Assembly (NCBI GenBank): GCA_965216815.1
Contig: OZ244202.1
Span: 785,762 to 849,761 of the forward strand
From: Acidimicrobiales bacterium
GTDB taxonomy: Bacteria; Actinomycetota; Acidimicrobiia; Acidimicrobiales; SHLQ01
Direction: 5' to 3'
Length of the DNA: 64,000 bases
A program made the translations under genes and the position numbers. Every line of letters starts with the position of its first letter. The stretch's first letter is position 1. This document shows, in pieces, positions 17,565 to 28,296 of the stretch. Below the pieces are notes generated by a model, which saw nothing but the letters and a program-made list of their open reading frames with translations, did not search any database and had not been told where the DNA came from.

Positions 17565-19490
17565 GTGACCGATACCGAGTCGTCCTACGGAGCCAAGGAC
17601 ATCACGGTGCTCGAGGGTCTCGAGGCGGTACGAAAGCGCCCCGGGATGTACATCGGTTCGACCGGACCCACCGGGCTGCATCACCTCGTCTACGAGGTTG
17701 TGGACAACTCGGTGGACGAGGCGATGGCAGGGCATTGCGACCGCATCGACATCACCATGCTGGCCGACGGCGGATGCCAGGTGAGCGACGACGGCCGAGG
17801 CATTCCGGTCGACAAACACCCGAAGTACGACGACCTCAGCGCGGCCGAGGTCGTACTCACCGTTCTGCACGCCGGCGGCAAGTTCGGCGGCGACGGATAC
17901 AAGGTCTCGGGTGGCCTGCACGGTGTAGGCGTGTCGGTGGTCAACGCCCTGAGTCGGCGGGTCGAGGTCGAGATCGACCGCGAGGGCGGTCGTTACGCGA
18001 TGAGCTTTGTCGACGGCGGCCAGCCTGACGAGAAGCTGTCGCGAGTCGGCGACGCACCCGAGGGGAGCACCGGCACGACGGTGCGGTTCTGGCCCGATCC
18101 GACGATCTTCGATGAAGTCCAGTTTCGAACCCAGACGCTGCTCGAGCGTTTCCAGATGATGGCTTTCCTCAACCGGGGCCTGGAAATCCGGCTCAAGGAC
18201 GAGCGATCGGGCGATGGTGAATGGACCGCGTTCCGCTACGAAGGGGGCATCCGCGACTTCGTGAGCCACGTCAACCAGTCAAAGGAAGCTCTCTTCGACG
18301 ATGTCGGCTATTTCGATGCCGGAGAAGAGGATCAGGAAGTCGAGATCGCCTTCCAGTGGAACACCGGCTACAACACCGACGGGCTCCATTCGTTCGCGAA
18401 CGGCATCGCCACACTCGAAGGCGGCATGCACGTCGAGGGATTCCGCTCTGCCCTCACCTCGGTCGTCAACAAATACGCACGCTCGAAGGGCTTTCTCAAG
18501 GAAAAGGATGCAAACCTCCAGGGTGAGGACATCCGGGAGGGTCTGACAGCGATCATCTCGGTGCGCCTCGCAGAACCGCAGTTCGAGGGGCAGACCAAAT
18601 CCAAGCTCGGCAACGTCGCAACGCGCTCGATGGTGCAGAAGGCGACCAACGAGCAGCTGGCCGAGTGGCTCGAGGAGCATCCGAACGAGGCCAAGCGAGT
18701 CGTGCAGAAAGCGACGAGCGCTGCGACCGCGAGGATCGCCGCCACCGAGGCCCGCAAGGCCATCCGGTCGAAGTCATTGCTCGATGGTGCCGGCATGCCC
18801 GACAAACTCAAGGATTGCTCGTCGAGCGACCCGGCCGAACGCGAGTTGTTCATCGTCGAGGGCGATTCCGCGGGCGGCTCTGCGGTAAGGGCACGCGACC
18901 CGCTACGCCAGGCGATTCTGCCGATCAGGGGCAAGATCCTCAACGTAGAACGAGCCCGCGCCGACCGCATGCTCAAGAACAACGAGGTTCAATCGCTGAT
19001 CACGGCCATCGGCGCCGGGTTCGGCGAAGAGTTCGAAGGCGAGAACAGCCGCTATCACAAGGTGATCATCCTCGCTGACGCCGATGTCGACGGGAGCCAC
19101 ATCCGTACCCTGCTCCTCACGTTTTTCTACCGTCAGATGCGTGCGCTGTTCGAGCACGGATACATCTACATCGCTCAGCCGCCCCTGTTCTCGACGAAGG
19201 TCGGCAAGTCGACCGTCTACCTCAAAGACGAGGCAGCGCGAGAGCAGTTCCTTGCCGACAATCCGAAGCACTCGAAGGAGTTCCAGCGCCTCAAGGGGCT
19301 GGGCGAGATGGATTGGGAAGAGCTGCGGGTCACCACGATGGATCCGGCCGAGCGCACGCTCCTGAAGGTTTCGGTGCATCAGGCCGCAATCGCCGACGAA
19401 ATGACTTCGATCCTCATGGGCGACGACGTCGAACAGCGCAAGAACTTCATCGTCACCAACGCCCGTGAGGTCCGGAATCTCGACTTCTGA
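17565..19490 (+). CDS. gyrB: DNA gyrase subunit B
   Basis: GTG at 17565 is preceded by GAGGAG. 'LEGLEAVRKRPGMYIGSTG', 'ELFIVEGDSAGGSA' and 'PLRGKILNVE'-type motifs are present. Confidence 0.9.
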   Translation: MTDTESSYGAKDITVLEGLEAVRKRPGMYIGSTGPTGLHHLVYEVVDNSVDEAMAGHCDRIDITMLADGGCQVSDDGRGIPVDKHPKYDDLSAAEVVLTVLHAGGKFGGDGYKVSGGLHGVGVSVVNALSRRVEVEIDREGGRYAMSFVDGGQPDEKLSRVGDAPEGSTGTTVRFWPDPTIFDEVQFRTQTLLERFQMMAFLNRGLEIRLKDERSGDGEWTAFRYEGGIRDFVSHVNQSKEALFDDVGYFDAGEEDQEVEIAFQWNTGYNTDGLHSFANGIATLEGGMHVEGFRSALTSVVNKYARSKGFLKEKDANLQGEDIREGLTAIISVRLAEPQFEGQTKSKLGNVATRSMVQKATNEQLAEWLEEHPNEAKRVVQKATSAATARIAATEARKAIRSKSLLDGAGMPDKLKDCSSSDPAERELFIVEGDSAGGSAVRARDPLRQAILPIRGKILNVERARADRMLKNNEVQSLITAIGAGFGEEFEGENSRYHKVIILADADVDGSHIRTLLLTFFYRQMRALFEHGYIYIAQPPLFSTKVGKSTVYLKDEAAREQFLADNPKHSKEFQRLKGLGEMDWEELRVTTMDPAERTLLKVSVHQAAIADEMTSILMGDDVEQRKNFIVTNAREVRNLDF

Positions 19491-19541
19491 GATGCCGATT
19501 CACCCCCTGCCCGATCGACTCCGATTGTGAGGACCACGTAG

Positions 19542-22079
<2,538 letters not shown>

Positions 22080-22132
22080 CCTGTCGGACCTCGACTTCCC
22101 CTCCTCATCACTCGCACAAACGAGGACCGAAA

Positions 22133-22465
22133 ATGGAGAAGGGGAGCGCGACGCTCGTCGCAACCGTTGCGATCGTCGTCGCGGTCGTGGCGATGCGGCT
22201 GGTCGTGCACGCCGGAACGGCGGCCGCCGATCGAGCCCGCGCACAGGCCGCCGCCGATGCCGCAGCGCTCGCTGGAGCGGTGCATGGACGTGCCGCCGCA
22301 GACCGCGCCGCGACCTACAACGACACAACGATCATCGAATTCGACCGGGTCGACGACATCGTGACGGTGACGGTGAGCCATCGCGGGGTCGAGGCGACCG
22401 CGCAGGCGGCTGCATCGCTCGAATACCCGTGGGAGCGGGAGGAACGAGCCCCGAACGAGGGCTGA
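22133..22465 (+). CDS. Small membrane protein with a TadE-like (pseudopilin-like) N-terminus
   Basis: 'GSATLVATVAIVVAVVAM...DRARAQAAADAAALAGA' resembles the helicase/secretion-neighbourhood TadE-like family. No tad/secretion genes are nearby. Confidence 0.4.
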   Translation: MEKGSATLVATVAIVVAVVAMRLVVHAGTAAADRARAQAAADAAALAGAVHGRAAADRAATYNDTTIIEFDRVDDIVTVTVSHRGVEATAQAAASLEYPWEREERAPNEG

Positions 22466-22493
22466 TACGCAATCGGCGCCAGGTCTCCTAGAC

Positions 22494-23162
22494 TTGCTGA
22501 CCGTGCCCGACGAAGACGTCAGAACACTCGAGGGCTCCGCGGGGATCGCCAACGATGATGCGATCGACAACTTTCTCGCCGAGTCCGGCACGCCGACGCG
22601 TGGTGCGTCGCCGCGCCCACCACAAAAGCGCGCCTCCGGTTCCCGTGCTGCCCAGCAGCCCGTGCCCGGCATGTTGCCCCCTTCGCGGCGCGACCGAAAG
22701 GCTGCGACACGCCTTCGCGCCCGCAAGGTTCGTCGTATCGTGCGTCACGTCGAGCCGTGGTCGGTGCTCAAGATGTCGCTCATCCTCTACTTCTGCATGT
22801 GGGTGATCATCGTCGTCGCGGGCGTGGCCCTCTGGAGTCTCGCGGTCAACTCCGGCACGATCGACAACTTCGAGAGCTTCCTGACCGAGGTACTCGCCCT
22901 CGAGACCTTCGAGTTCGACGGCGGAGACATCTTCGAAGCCGCCGCCATAGGCGGCCTGATCCTCGTCATCGCCCTCACCGGGTTCAACGTGCTGGTGGCG
23001 GTGCTGTTCAACCTGATCAGCGACCTCACCGGAGGCGTCAGGGTGACCGTTGTCGAAGAAGAGACCGCCCGCTACATGACCCGTCGTCCACGCAGGGGCC
23101 AGGCCCCTGACCAACAGCGACAACGCCCGGCGGCGGCCCCCGCGAGCGACGATTCCGCGTAG
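22494..23162 (+). CDS. DUF3566-type membrane protein (conserved downstream of gyrA)
   Basis: 'VRHVEPWSVLKMSLILYFCMWVIIVV...VLFNLISDLTGGVRVTVVEEE'. TTG start. Same position as the Rv0007 homologues. Confidence 0.7.
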   Translation: MLTVPDEDVRTLEGSAGIANDDAIDNFLAESGTPTRGASPRPPQKRASGSRAAQQPVPGMLPPSRRDRKAATRLRARKVRRIVRHVEPWSVLKMSLILYFCMWVIIVVAGVALWSLAVNSGTIDNFESFLTEVLALETFEFDGGDIFEAAAIGGLILVIALTGFNVLVAVLFNLISDLTGGVRVTVVEEETARYMTRRPRRGQAPDQQRQRPAAAPASDDSA

Positions 23163-23199
23163 GACTCCAATCGTCGGCTGGTAACGTTGTCGACTCCGC

Positions 23200-23273
<74 letters not shown>

Positions 23274-23328
23274 CGCCGTTCCTCGCTTCGCTCGTCACTA
23301 ACCGAGTTTCGGCTCCGCCGAAACATCG
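23274..23328 (+). repeat. Conserved tRNA 3'-flank hairpin element
   Basis: 'CGCCGTTCCTCGCTTCGCTCGTCACTAACCGAGTTTCGGCTCCGCCGAAACATCG'. The same core follows both tRNA-Ser genes. Confidence 0.8.
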
Positions 23329-23375
23329 CCCCCTGAAAGCGTGATGAGTGTGGCGTTGATCACGCGAACCCCATC

Positions 23376-23440
23376 GGTGTCAGGCACCGAGCTCACAACG
23401 TGCTGGGACTAAGATTGCTTTGAGCTCGGTGCCTGACAGT
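23376..23440. repeat. 65-bp palindromic REP/MITE-like element, copy 2
   Basis: Left arm at 23376-23395. The right arm at 23421-23440 matches for 18 of 20 bases, differing in the last 2 nt. 25-bp spacer. Confidence 0.85.
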
Positions 23441-23481
23441 GACGCATTCAGACTGCCGGGCAAAGGGCGTAGGCTTCTGAG

Positions 23482-23646
23482 GTGGTCGCGCTCTATCACC
23501 TGGCCAAGCGGTTGTTGACCGCGCTGGGCTTGGCCGGACTCGTCGCCGGCGCGTTGCGGCTCTCGGGACGATCCGAGGCGCCGCTGAGTACCGGGGGATG
23601 GTCACCGCTCGACCTCGACACCTACACGACCGGCCCGAGGCCATGA
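23482..23646 (+). CDS. Possible small membrane protein (54 aa), translationally coupled to the downstream gene
   Basis: Hand-translated 'VVALYHLAKRLLTALGLAGLVAGALRLSGRSEAPLSTGGWSPLDLDTYTTGPRP'. High GC3, and its stop overlaps the next ATG (ATGA). The GTG start has no clear ribosome-binding site. Confidence 0.3.
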   Translation: MVALYHLAKRLLTALGLAGLVAGALRLSGRSEAPLSTGGWSPLDLDTYTTGPRP

Positions 23647-24671
23647 CCGAGCGACAACGCGTCGGCATCATCGGGCTCGGCGCGGTTGGCGCCCGGGCAG
23701 CGCGGTCGCTCATCGGGTCCCTGGGCACGTCCTCGCTGGTTCTCGTCGACCGCGACGAGCGGGTGGCCGACGGCATTCGCCGCACCCTCGGCGACGACCT
23801 CGATGTTCGCGTGGGCGAGATGTTGCCGGCTGATCTCGAGGTCTCGGTGCTGGCGACCCCGGCGGGAAACCACGCTGCGGCTGCGGGCGCAGCGCTGCGC
23901 GGCGGATCCCACGTCGTCAGCGTCGCCGACTCGGTCGACGATGTTCGAGCGCTCCTCGATCTCGACCAGCTCGCCCAGAGCCTCGAACGAAGCGTCGTCG
24001 TGGGTGCTGGGTTCGCACCAGGCCTGAGTTGCCTGCTGGCAGCGCTGGCTTCGACTCGGTTCGAACGTGTCAAAGAGATACACGTTGCCAAGTTCGGAAC
24101 CGGGGGCCCCGCCTGCGCACGCCAGCGGCACCGGGCACTTCGCTCAGAGGCCCTCGATTGGCGCGAGGGTTGGCTGACCCGGAGCGGAGGGTCGGGCCGG
24201 GAGCTGTGTTGGTTCCCGAACCCGATCGACGGCCACGACTGTTACCGAGCGGCGTTGGCAGATCCCGTGCTTCTCCAACCCGAGTTCGCCGGGGTCGAGC
24301 GGATCACCTCACGACTGGCGGCGACGCGGCGAGATCGCCTGACGATGCGTCTTCCGATGCTTCGCAAGCCTCATCCCGAGGGCCGCGAAGGGGCGATACG
24401 TGTCGAGGTGCGCGGAATCCGACACGGGGCCCACAGCGTCGAGGTGCTCGGTGGCGTCGAGAGACCGGCCGTTGCTGCTGCGAGCGTGCTCACCGGCGTG
24501 GTCAGAGCGCTCATCGAAGGCAGTGGCGCTTCATCCGGCTCGTTCGGGTTGGCCCGCTGGTCGAACACGCGTGAACTTTTCGACGAAGTGATTTCTCACG
24601 GAGTGCGGTTGTCGAGCTTCGACGGAAGGGTCGACTACACCATGTCTGGCTGGGCCAACGTTTCTCGTTGA
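23643..24671 (+). CDS. Saccharopine-dehydrogenase-like NAD(P)-binding protein
   Basis: 'RVGIIGLGAVGARAARSL' Rossmann motif, then 'VLATPAGNHAAAAGAALRGGSHVVSVAD'. Confidence 0.55.
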   Translation: MTERQRVGIIGLGAVGARAARSLIGSLGTSSLVLVDRDERVADGIRRTLGDDLDVRVGEMLPADLEVSVLATPAGNHAAAAGAALRGGSHVVSVADSVDDVRALLDLDQLAQSLERSVVVGAGFAPGLSCLLAALASTRFERVKEIHVAKFGTGGPACARQRHRALRSEALDWREGWLTRSGGSGRELCWFPNPIDGHDCYRAALADPVLLQPEFAGVERITSRLAATRRDRLTMRLPMLRKPHPEGREGAIRVEVRGIRHGAHSVEVLGGVERPAVAAASVLTGVVRALIEGSGASSGSFGLARWSNTRELFDEVISHGVRLSSFDGRVDYTMSGWANVSR

Positions 24672-24824
24672 GATCCTCAAGAGTCACGCAGAGTGGTCGA
24701 TAGAAGTCACCGAAGCGGAGTGATGTCGAAGAAATCGCTCAAGTTCCTCCTCCGGCGCGCCGAAACATCCATTCGTTGGATTGGACCCGGCGCGAATGGC
24801 CGGCTGAAGAGATGAGGCGACCCG

Positions 24825-25718
24825 ATGGGCGACCAAGAAGCCACGCAACAGGACATGTCAGCGATGATCGAGCAGAACCTTCCGCTCGTGAAGCACATCG
24901 TGTTCCAGGTTGCGGTGCACTTCCCTCGACACGTAGAGCGCGACGAGCTAGCCCGGGCCGGAGCGCTGGGACTCGTCGAGGCGGCTCGCCGCTACGACGA
25001 AGACCGTGGAGTGCCCTTCGAACGCTTCGCCGCACAGCGAATCCGAGGAGCGATCCTCGACGCGGTGCGCGCTGCCGACTGGGCGCCGCGTTCGGTGCGA
25101 ACGCTCGCCCGTAAACTCGAATCGGTCGAGCAGCGACTCGCAACACAGCTCGGTCGTGTGCCTTCGATGCCCGAGATGGCAGAAGCGCTGGAAATGTCTG
25201 CCGACGAACTGCATCGGCTCCAGGACCGGATGTTCCGCTCGGTTGTGCTGGCACTCGAACACGAGGTCACCGACGACGTCGACGAAGATCTGACGCTCGT
25301 CGACGTGTTGATCGACCAGAATTCGATCGAGCCCTCCGAGGAGCTCGAAACTCGCGAGCTCCACAGCTATCTCCGCGACGCGATTGCCCTTCTGCCCGAA
25401 CGTCAACGATTCGTCGTCGTGGGCTATTTCCTCGAGGGCAAAACTTCACAGGACCTGGCTCGATTCCTCGGTGTGACCGAGTCGCGAATCTCCCAGCTGA
25501 GGTCGGAGGCGTTGCTGATGCTCAAGGAAGGCATCGAAGCGCAGTATGTCCCTGGTGGAGCCCAGGATGCCGAGGAGCAGATGGGTCGTGTAGCACGTCG
25601 CAAAGCGAACTACGCCACTGCGATATCCGATGCGAGCGAGTTCGGCGACCGGATGGAACGCCTGAACCTCGTCGAGGGTGACGCAGGCTCTATCCCGGTG
25701 GGTGTGCCGCTGTCCTAG
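24825..25718 (+). CDS. FliA/WhiG-family (sigma-28 type) sigma factor
   Basis: 'NLPLVKHIVFQVAVHFPRHVERDELARAGALGLVEAARRYD' (region 2) and 'LPERQRFVVVGYFLEGKTSQDLARFLGVTESRISQLRSEAL' (region 4). Confidence 0.8.
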   Translation: MGDQEATQQDMSAMIEQNLPLVKHIVFQVAVHFPRHVERDELARAGALGLVEAARRYDEDRGVPFERFAAQRIRGAILDAVRAADWAPRSVRTLARKLESVEQRLATQLGRVPSMPEMAEALEMSADELHRLQDRMFRSVVLALEHEVTDDVDEDLTLVDVLIDQNSIEPSEELETRELHSYLRDAIALLPERQRFVVVGYFLEGKTSQDLARFLGVTESRISQLRSEALLMLKEGIEAQYVPGGAQDAEEQMGRVARRKANYATAISDASEFGDRMERLNLVEGDAGSIPVGVPLS

Positions 25719-25757
25719 GACACCGGCGAGCCGCCGATAAGCACGCAGTCCGTGATT

Positions 25758-25796
25758 GCAGAAGCCCCGCCGCAGGCGGGGCTTCTGCGGGTTTTG
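25758..25796 (+). terminator. Rho-independent terminator (stem-loop plus T tract)
   Basis: GCAGAAGCCCCGC-CGCAG-GCGGGGCTTCTGC, followed by GGGTTTTG. Confidence 0.7.
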
Positions 25797-25802
25797 TCGT
25801 CG

Positions 25803-25876
25803 CGCGCGTGAGAGGACTTGAACCCCTAACCTTCTGATCCGTAGTCAGATGCTCTATCCAATTGAGCTACACGCGC
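25803..25876 (-). tRNA. tRNA-Arg (anticodon ACG)
   Basis: Hand-folded. Acceptor GCGCGTG/CACGCGC, anticodon arm TCTGA-CTACGGA-TCAGA, T arm AGGGGTTCAAGTCCTCT. Confidence 0.9.
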
Positions 25877-25922
25877 AGCGTCGGCCAGTCTACGTGCTGG
25901 TGAGCATGGGTCGAAACCGGAT

Positions 25923-28196
25923 TCACGCAGCTTCGATGCGGGCGATCGTGCCCGAAAGCGAAAGGGTGTAGAGCTCCCCGTCGGGTCCCTGACCGAACGA
26001 CGCGAGTGTTCCTCCGGGAACCGCGGTGCCGAAGTCGACGGTCTCGAACGTCGACCCGCCACGGAATCCCCACAAGCGCGACGTGAAGAAGTCGCCGTAA
26101 ACGTACGTGCCGACGAGGTCGGGGATGGCGCTGCCGCGGTAGACGTATCCACCGGTTATCGATCGTCCTCGAGCGTGGCTGTACTCGTGGATCGGTGGGA
26201 CATACCCCGGTGGAGTGGCTCCGCCGCGGAAGGGGCGTGAGCCCTCGAATATCGGCCAACCGAGGTTCGCGCCGCGCCCGCGACCAAGGTCGGCGCGCAG
26301 CAAGTCGATCTCCTCGACGTCACCCTGGCCAACGTCGGCGACCCAGAGGTCACCCCGGTCGGCGTCGAACGAGATCCGCCACGGGTTGCGCGCTCCGATG
26401 GTCCACAGCTCGTCCGCGCCCGGCTTGTTGACATATGGGTTCGATGCGGGGATTCCGTACTGACGCCCACCGGAAGGTGACGATGGGTCGATGCGCAGAA
26501 CACCCCCGAGAAGGGTGTTCGCGTTTTGTCCGTTGTTGAAGGGATCACCGCCGCCGCCACCGTCACCGGTTGCGATGTAGAGGTAGCCGTCGGGTCCGAA
26601 AGCTATGTCGCCACCGTTGTGGTTGCTCGCCGGCTGATCGATACCGAGGATGGCTCGCCTCGACGCGGGGTTGGCGGTTCCGTCGGAAGCCATGGTGTAT
26701 TCGGCGATCGCTGTGTCGCCGGCGCCGTCGGTGTGATTGATGTAGAGCTTGTTACCGATGGGGTTGAATGCCAGGCCGAGTAGACCACGCTCGCCACCGG
26801 TGCTGATGAGCCCGCTGGGAAGATCGAGGATGGTCCGATTGGGTTGTCCGGGTCTGACTTCGACGACATTGCCGGATTGCTCGGCTACGAAGAGACTGTT
26901 GCTGCCCTTCCGTGTCGCCATAGCGACCGGCTGGCTTGCACTCGCGACCGGGGTGGCCTTTAGCTTCAACCGCGCGAGGTCACCGAGCGGTGGGGGAGTC
27001 GTCCCCGGGAACCAGCCGGCGACGTCCGCGACGAGGTGAGCATGGCCCGCGTTGTTGTAGAGAGCGATCTTTCCGCCCTCACCCACCTTGGCCACGACGA
27101 GGTTGGGCAGTGTCTCGCCGGCGACCATGTTGAGGGTGGACGCCAGTGGCCTGTAGTCGCCGGCCGGCCACTCGGTCACGAAGCTTCCGGCCGTCGGTTC
27201 GGTAACGGTCACGTTGAGCACCACCGAGCCGACACCGGCTGCCGGGATCCCCCCACGTCCCGTGACCTGAACTTCGATCACGCCGCGTGGCGGAACCTTG
27301 CCGACCGCAGCTCCGTTGCCGATGCGAGTATCGAGGACGCGGGCGGGGTTGGTCGATCGGTAGTCGCTTTGGGTTGGGAACCAGCCGACGACGTCGGCGA
27401 CGAGGTGGGTGTTGCCGGAGTTGTTGTAGAAGCGGATGCGGCCGTCGGTGCCGACTTTGGTTATGACGAGGTTGGGGATGGTTTGGCCTGCGACCATGTT
27501 GAGGTTGGAGGCGAGGGGTCGTGGTGATTCGTCGGGCCAGACGGTGACGTAGCTGGCGGCGGTGGGATCGGTGACGGTGACGTTGAGCGCGACAGCGCCG
27601 ATGGTGCCGGGTGCCACACCGAGGTGGGACGCGACGTCGAGCGATATCTCGGACCGGGAGCCGACGGGGTTCGACTGATCGCGGGTGTCGAGTGCCCGCG
27701 ACGGGTTGATGGATCGGTAGTCGCTTTGGGTTGGGAACCAGCCGACGACGTCGGCGACGAGGTGGGTGTTGCCGGAGTTGTTGTAGAAGCGGATGCGGCC
27801 GTCGGTGCCGACTTTGGTTATGACGAGGTTGGGGATGGTTTGGCCTGTGATCATGTTGAGGTTGGAGGCGAGGGGTCGTGGTGATCCGTCGGGCCAGACG
27901 GTGACGTAGCTGGCGGCGGTGGGATCGGTGACGGTGACGTTGAGCGCGACAGCGCCGACTCCGGTCGCGGGTACGCCGCCCTTGCCGGTTACATCGAGGC
28001 TGATCTCGCCGTGCCGACCGATCGGTCCTTTCGCGCCGACTCCCGATCGGGTGTCGAGGATACGCGCCGGCGTCAACGCGTTGTAGCTGTCGTCGGCGGG
28101 AGCCGCATCGGCTGTGGCGGGGACAGCGCTGAGCATGGCGCACATCGTGGCTATGACGGCGATGATGCGAGCGACCGGGCGAAGGCGAGGTTTCAT
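25923..28196 (-). CDS. Secreted protein: three tandem domains of about 119 aa plus a glucose/sorbosone-dehydrogenase-like beta-propeller
   Basis: Signal peptide 'MKPRLRPVARIIAVIATMCAMLSAVPATADA'. The C-terminal region contains 'GERGLLGLAF', 'NHNGGDIAFGPDGYLYIATGDGG' and 'IGARNPWRISFD', as in the PQQ-dependent sugar dehydrogenase family. Confidence 0.75.
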   Translation of the reverse strand: MKPRLRPVARIIAVIATMCAMLSAVPATADAAPADDSYNALTPARILDTRSGVGAKGPIGRHGEISLDVTGKGGVPATGVGAVALNVTVTDPTAASYVTVWPDGSPRPLASNLNMITGQTIPNLVITKVGTDGRIRFYNNSGNTHLVADVVGWFPTQSDYRSINPSRALDTRDQSNPVGSRSEISLDVASHLGVAPGTIGAVALNVTVTDPTAASYVTVWPDESPRPLASNLNMVAGQTIPNLVITKVGTDGRIRFYNNSGNTHLVADVVGWFPTQSDYRSTNPARVLDTRIGNGAAVGKVPPRGVIEVQVTGRGGIPAAGVGSVVLNVTVTEPTAGSFVTEWPAGDYRPLASTLNMVAGETLPNLVVAKVGEGGKIALYNNAGHAHLVADVAGWFPGTTPPPLGDLARLKLKATPVASASQPVAMATRKGSNSLFVAEQSGNVVEVRPGQPNRTILDLPSGLISTGGERGLLGLAFNPIGNKLYINHTDGAGDTAIAEYTMASDGTANPASRRAILGIDQPASNHNGGDIAFGPDGYLYIATGDGGGGGDPFNNGQNANTLLGGVLRIDPSSPSGGRQYGIPASNPYVNKPGADELWTIGARNPWRISFDADRGDLWVADVGQGDVEEIDLLRADLGRGRGANLGWPIFEGSRPFRGGATPPGYVPPIHEYSHARGRSITGGYVYRGSAIPDLVGTYVYGDFFTSRLWGFRGGSTFETVDFGTAVPGGTLASFGQGPDGELYTLSLSGTIARIEAA
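27355..27958. repeat. Near-identical 247-bp intragenic direct repeat (27355-27601 and 27712-27958, period 357 bp)
   Basis: The copies differ at only 3-4 positions. They encode consecutive copies of the 119-aa domain. Confidence 0.85.
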
Positions 28197-28296
28197 GATC
28201 GATCCCTGAAGTAGCGACAGAAGCTGACGGTAGCCGGTCTCTGCGGTGTCAGGAGATCGAGCGGATTGCCCTCCTCGGTTGCAGCGATCCGCTGAG

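Noticed and set aside
25733-25740. GCCGATAA, a match to the sigma-28/WhiG -10 consensus, just after the whiG-like gene
   Set aside because: The -35 region is only weakly similar to TAAA (CCTA). The site points into a terminator followed by a convergent tRNA, so there is nothing for it to transcribe.
27079-28143. 354-aa Arg/Pro/His-rich ORF, on the same strand as the secreted dehydrogenase gene but in a different frame
   Set aside because: It is an alternative-frame artefact. Its internal repeats merely mirror the DNA duplication, and the annotated frame has a signal peptide and conserved beta-propeller motifs.
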